Shown piece by piece: positions 57,989 to 64,000 of a stretch of DNA of 64,000 bases. Source of the stretch: Eledone cirrhosa (taxonomy: Eukaryota). How positions within the stretch are numbered: the first letter of the stretch is position 1; every line of letters starts with the position of its first letter. The position numbers were made by a program, and so were the translations under genes. Where the stretch lies: NCBI GenBank assembly GCA_964016885.1, contig OZ024750.1, positions 37,510,001-37,574,000 on the forward strand, given 5' to 3'. The notes under the pieces were generated by a model. The model did no database searches. It worked only from the letters and a program-made list of their open reading frames with translations, and was not told where the DNA came from.

Positions 57989-58010
57989 ATACATATACAT
58001 ATATATATAC

Positions 58011-58063
<53 letters not shown>

Positions 58064-58244
58064 TATATGTACATATATATATGTACACATATATATATGT
58101 ACATATATATATATGTACATATATATATATATGTACATATATATATATATGTACATATATATATATATGTACATATATATATATATAACTAGTATTGAGT
58201 ACCTTACTTACTGTGGTTATCCCCGACTCAACCCGGGACCTACG

Positions 58245-58348
<104 letters not shown>

Positions 58349-58398
58349 TGCATATATATATATATATGTATAGATGTGCATATATATATATATATATA

Positions 58399-58476
<78 letters not shown>

Positions 58477-58520
58477 CATATATATATATATATATATGTG
58501 CATATATATATATATATATA

Positions 58521-59250
<730 letters not shown>

Positions 59251-59251
59251 C

Positions 59252-59328
<77 letters not shown>

Positions 59329-59329
59329 C

Positions 59330-59363
<34 letters not shown>

Positions 59364-59398
59364 GTATATATATATATGTATATATATATGTATATATA

Positions 59399-59441
<43 letters not shown>

Positions 59442-59492
59442 GTATGTATATATGTATATATATATATGTGCATATATATATATATATATGTA

Positions 59493-59549
<57 letters not shown>

Positions 59550-59550
59550 G

Positions 59551-59616
<66 letters not shown>

Positions 59617-59869
59617 TGTACATATATATATATGTACATATATATATATGTACATATATATATATGTATGTACATAAATATATGTACATATATATATGTA
59701 CATATATATATGTACATATATATATGTACATATATATATATATGTACATATATATATAAATGTACATATATATATGTACATATATATATATATGTACATA
59801 TACAACAACAACAACGACAACAACAGTGTGAACCACTCCTTGATTCATCAACAATGGCCGATCTACTAA

Positions 59870-60625
59870 ATGAAACTATTGACCCCCCCAGTAGCCTCTG
59901 TCTCACAGCATGAAACGCCACATCCTTTCTCTGGCCCAGCAGTCCAATCATCACCACTGCCAACATCTCCATCTCTGCCTACTACTACTACTACTACTAC
60001 AACATTTTTGTCTACTGCTATGTCAAGGAATTTACCTTCTAATACCAGAACAAGAACTCTCCCTCCCACAGTCCACAAAGGTCGTCAAATCCTACCCAAA
60101 CCATCATCTACACCTCTCACAACACACACACCCACATACCCACCCACTCGAAACCCCATCATTTGCCGCTACTCTCTACGCTATAGAATATGTACGGATA
60201 GTGGCTGCAAATTCACCCATTTACCTAGGACAAAACGATCTATCCCCACAAACAGCCACCACCATAATACATACTCTAATTTAACACCAACACAACCACC
60301 AATAACTCAAACAAGGAATCCACAAATCTGCCGTTTTTCCCTGCGAGACAGATTGTGTTTAGACCGGGATTGTCCCTTTACCCATCTCCCGGGGACCCGT
60401 CGGACAAATGAAAATAAAATTAAAAATAAAAGCAAAAACAAAAACCATAACCTACATAAAAATAACCACTACCACAGTCACCAACAGTCTTCTAAACAGG
60501 AAACTTCTTCCTCTTTTTTAGCCATAATGAATCTGGCAAAAGAACTGGAAAAAAACATTCGAGCTATCACCCAGCACCACCCTCCACTATCACCCCACTG
60601 CACAAACTCCCATTGCTGCCATTAA
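59870..60625 (+). CDS. LINE ORF1 protein with two CCCH zinc fingers
   Basis: 251 aa, Pro/Thr/Ser-rich. [19 protein letters not shown] and [19 protein letters not shown] both fit C-x8-C-x4-C-x3-H. The original start may be ATG 59854 with a 1-bp slip in the C7 run at 59883. Confidence 0.8.
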   Translation: MKLLTPPVASVSQHETPHPFSGPAVQSSPLPTSPSLPTTTTTTTTFLSTAMSRNLPSNTRTRTLPPTVHKGRQILPKPSSTPLTTHTPTYPPTRNPIICRYSLRYRICTDSGCKFTHLPRTKRSIPTNSHHHNTYSNLTPTQPPITQTRNPQICRFSLRDRLCLDRDCPFTHLPGTRRTNENKIKNKSKNKNHNLHKNNHYHSHQQSSKQETSSSFLAIMNLAKELEKNIRAITQHHPPLSPHCTNSHCCH

Positions 60626-63600
60626 CAAACAAACAAATTAACAACACACCAAAACAATTAAAACCATCCACTCTCGCCTCTACATTTTTGCTTAACGCCC
60701 AAGGCATCAGCCCTTCCACCAATACTCAAAAATGGAAGATCAAATTCCTGGAGGACTGGATTGATGTCCATCCAAACCACATCCCTTTCTTCGTCCTCAC
60801 TGAAACCCATCTCAGTAACCTCCACTTGGAAGCCGAGGTGAAAGTGAAAAATTTCAAAGCCATCCGTGCTGATCGCGCTGGCAGAAGAAAGGGCGGAACT
60901 GCCATTTATGTCCATAATTCTTTCTCAACAGAGGCTATGAACATATTCACTAATGGATACTGTGAAGCAGTCACTGTATTCAGTCAAACCAACAACCTAT
61001 TAGTAGTTGGGCTCTATAGGCCACCCCAAACGCCTGTACCATGCTTCAAGGAATGCCTCAACAGCATAAAGTGTTTCATCCAAGAGTGTCACCCTGACAA
61101 CATCTTAATGATGGGGGACTTCAACCTCCCCGGAGTTGACTGGTCCACAAACAGCCTGCCACCAGGTTCTTCTGCCTCAACCTCTGACAGGGAAGCTGTG
61201 GAATCGCTTCTTGACTTCATGGATGATTTCTTCCTATCCCAACTGGTGCTCGAACCAACGAGGTGCCACAAAAACGTCCTAGACTTAATTTTCAGCAATC
61301 ACACTGACAATATCCACAATATTGCAGTGGAGAAAACTCTACTATCTGATCATGACATGGTTCTCTGTGATCTGAGATTCCACCGTCCAATATAGAAACC
61401 CAATGTCATCTCTCCTGTCCATCCGTTTGACGCTATAGATTTCCACAATGCAAACTGGGAAGCGATCAGTCATGATCTTGCACATGTCGACTGGTCCTTC
61501 ACGCACACTCATACACCCACTAACATCAAAAAGTCCTGGCAGACATTTGTGGACACTGTTACAAACATATGTGCTAAACACACCCCTTTAAGAACTATAA
61601 ACAAATCTAAGAGCAGAATCCCTAGAAATAGAAAAACGCTCATCAGAAAAATTAAGAGAACGAACAAAAAAATCAACAAGCTGAAATACTGTCAGCAGCA
61701 ACACATCAACTTCACTGCCATTTCATCACTAGAGATTAAAAAACATAACCTCCAAAACAACATAATGTCCCTCATCAACAATCAGAGAAGAGCTGAAGAG
61801 GCCTGGGCCATTGAGAAGATCAAACTCAATCCCAAAGTGTTCTTTTCATTTGCAAAAAAACACAAAATCACTGGCTCTACTGTTGGCCCTCTAATTGATG
61901 AAAATGGCACTCTTCAAGACAATGCTAAAACCATGGGTGAGATACTGCAGAAACAATACTGCTCTGTTTTCAGCAATCCTGATATGGCCGATCTGGGCTG
62001 TATCGGCGATGTTACTCCCCATTACACCTTATCGGACATAACGTTTGGCGCCCCTGATGTCTTGGCGGCAATAAAGGAAATCAAGCATAATTCAGCAGTA
62101 GGTCCCGATAGGTTCCCTGCTTGTGTCTTGAAGGCGTGTCAACACCAACTTGCATCTCCTCTTGCCAATCTGTGGCGGAACTCACTGGATGCTGGATATG
62201 TGCCAGAAAACCTTCTATCCCAGTCTGTTGTCCCAGTTTTCAAAAAGGGAAACAAATCCCTTGCCGTGAATTACCGTCCAATCTCACTCACCTCTCATAT
62301 CATTAAGGTATTTGAGCGAGTGGTGAGATCGCGAATGACCCACTTCCTTGAGAGTAACAATATGCTGAACTCCAACCAGCATGGATTCCGTAATGGAAGG
62401 GATTGCCTGACGCAGCTACTGCATCACTTTGATGACATTTTGAGAGCCTTGGGAGAGGGTTCCAACACTGATGTTATCTACCTTGATTTCAGCAAGGCCT
62501 TTGACAGGGTTGATCATAACATTCTACTGCGAAAGCTGTCCTATATTGGTGTCACTGGAAAGCTGCTGCAGTGGATCAAGAGCTTCCTGTCAAACAGAAC
62601 CCAACATGTTGTAGTTGAGGGAGTCAAATCAAGCCCAGCCAAAGTCAGTAGTGGGGTCCCACAAGGCACTGTGTTGGGCCCACTTCTCTTCATCATCTAT
62701 ATTAATGACATCACTGACATCATCAAACACAGCAACATTAAAATTTTCGCTGATGATTCCAAGCTCCAAAAGGTCATCAATGGCGTGGATGACCGGATAA
62801 GCCTTCAGTCAGACTTACTGGCTGTTACCCAATGGGCAGAAAAGAACAACATGTTACTGAACGAAGACAAATTCGAACTGATCCACTTTGGAAAAGAGGA
62901 TGCTCTGAAACTCCCGTACTCCCTTCCCTCCGGGGAAACTCTCGTGGCATCTAACAACATCAGAGACTTGGGAGTAACCGTGGACAACAACATAAGCTGG
63001 ACCACGCATATAAGCAGCAAAGTTGACATGGCCCGCAGAATGTGTTCCTGGATCCTCAGAACCTTCCAGTCGAGAGATTCCCGCACCATTATCCTTCTCT
63101 TCTCTACTTTCGCCCGACCACACCTTGAATACTGTTGTCCACTGTGGTCTCCCCACACGAAACAAAGTATCATGAAACTTGAAGCTCCTCAAAGGGCAAT
63201 CACGAAAAAGATAGATGGCATGTCAGACCTTGACTACTGGGGTCGATTAGAAAACCTGAAACTTTACTCACTCCAACGTCGCCGTGAGCGTTATATTATC
63301 TGCATGATGTGGAAAATGTTCCATCATCACTGCCCAAATGATGTTGGCATAGCCTTCAAGATACACCCAAGGCTTGGGCCCCGTGCTATCCGTCCCATTC
63401 AAAAATCTAAATCGCAACTCATAACAACAATACGGCACAATTATTTCACCTCAATCGGCCCTGCTCTCTTCAACATCACACCAGGACACGTCAAAACAGA
63501 AACTGACCACACAAAATTCAAGAAGTCTTTGGACAAATTCCTCCAAGTAATCCCGGACAAACCACCCACACCCGGATATGTCTCCGCAAACAGTAATTCT

Positions 63601-63633
63601 CTTCTCGAATGGGCCATGGTGCCCAAATCCTGA
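60613..63633 (+). pseudogene. LINE ORF2 (APE endonuclease + reverse transcriptase) interrupted by one in-frame TAG at 61393-61395
   Basis: APE motifs LLNAQG, LTETHL, RADR..RKGGTAIY, YRPP, GDFN, LDLIF and SDH. The same frame continues through FHNANWEAI..L..VDW into the RT (61549-60613 = 936, divisible by 3). RT motifs [18 protein letters not shown] and FADD. Confidence 0.93.
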
Positions 63634-63720
63634 ATTGAAAGACTTCGCCAGGTGGTGCTATTAAGTTAGATATGGCCTGGGCCAATACTGGCCAAAACAT
63701 TTCAAAGTTATTCAAAGTTA

Positions 63721-63783
63721 TATGTACATATATATATATATATATGTACATATATATATGTATATATATATATATGTATGTAC

Positions 63784-63848
<65 letters not shown>

Positions 63849-63899
63849 TGTACATATATATACATATATATATATATGTACATATATATATATATATAT
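63721..63899. repeat. (TA)n compound microsatellite
   Basis: Direct reading. Confidence 0.97.
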
Positions 63900-64000
63900 G
63901 GTGGCTGCCAACTCGTTTTCGAGTACGGCCACTACTTTATATCCATGTAGGAGAACCCCTACTGATGCGTTGAACGAGTGTGACTTTTTAGTCCAGCCAG
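63900..64000. mobile_element. Start of a second copy of the 43077-43635 element (runs off the window)
   Basis: ggtggctgccaactcgttttcgagtacggcc... matches 43077 onward with two substitutions. Confidence 0.8.

Larger units (their letters stand above)
59803..63720 (+). mobile_element. Near full-length CR1/L2-group non-LTR retrotransposon (~3.9 kb) inserted in (TA)n
   Basis: (CAA)n-like 5' end, ORF1, APE + RT ORF2, and a short 3'UTR ending in (ttcaaagtta)x2. The empty site is visible in the duplicate block before 43077. Confidence 0.95.

Noticed and set aside
57989-58088. N-terminal YI-repeat extension of the 558-aa RT ORF
   Set aside because: Fortuitous in-frame read-in from the flanking microsatellite at the 5' truncation point.

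Overview
Eukaryotic, gene-free, repeat-dominated window. A cephalopod-like invertebrate host is inferred from the very long (TA)n tracts and LINE/SINE tails; this is not proven. Bases 1-~39,231 are an AT-rich ~265-295 bp tandem satellite (~140 monomers) with two interleaved internal inverted-repeat pairs, higher-order repeats and one fold-back inversion. Bases ~39,232-64,000 are (TA)n microsatellite tracts packed with retroelements. These include a decayed partial-tandem Penelope-like element (Naiad-like RT + GIY-YIG, minus strand), several hairpin-shaped Penelope pseudo-LTR remnants, a near full-length CR1/L2-group LINE and an inverted 5'-truncated copy of it. The LINE has a CCCH-finger ORF1, an APE-RT ORF2 with one nonsense codon, and a candidate U_UUU_UUA -1 frameshift site. 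There is also a local ~2 kb duplication. The main hidden signal is RNA structure: at least five unrelated type I hammerhead-ribozyme motifs, plus a half-motif, can be folded by eye. Two non-coding retrozyme-like elements stand out: a 591-bp unit with a U3-A8 covariant core, and a ~465-bp tandem. They sit at equivalent (TA)n positions in the two pseudo-LTRs of the Penelope-like element. Nearly all ORFs in the supplied track are artefacts of satellite or microsatellite sequence. All folds and family calls were made by eye and have not been computed.
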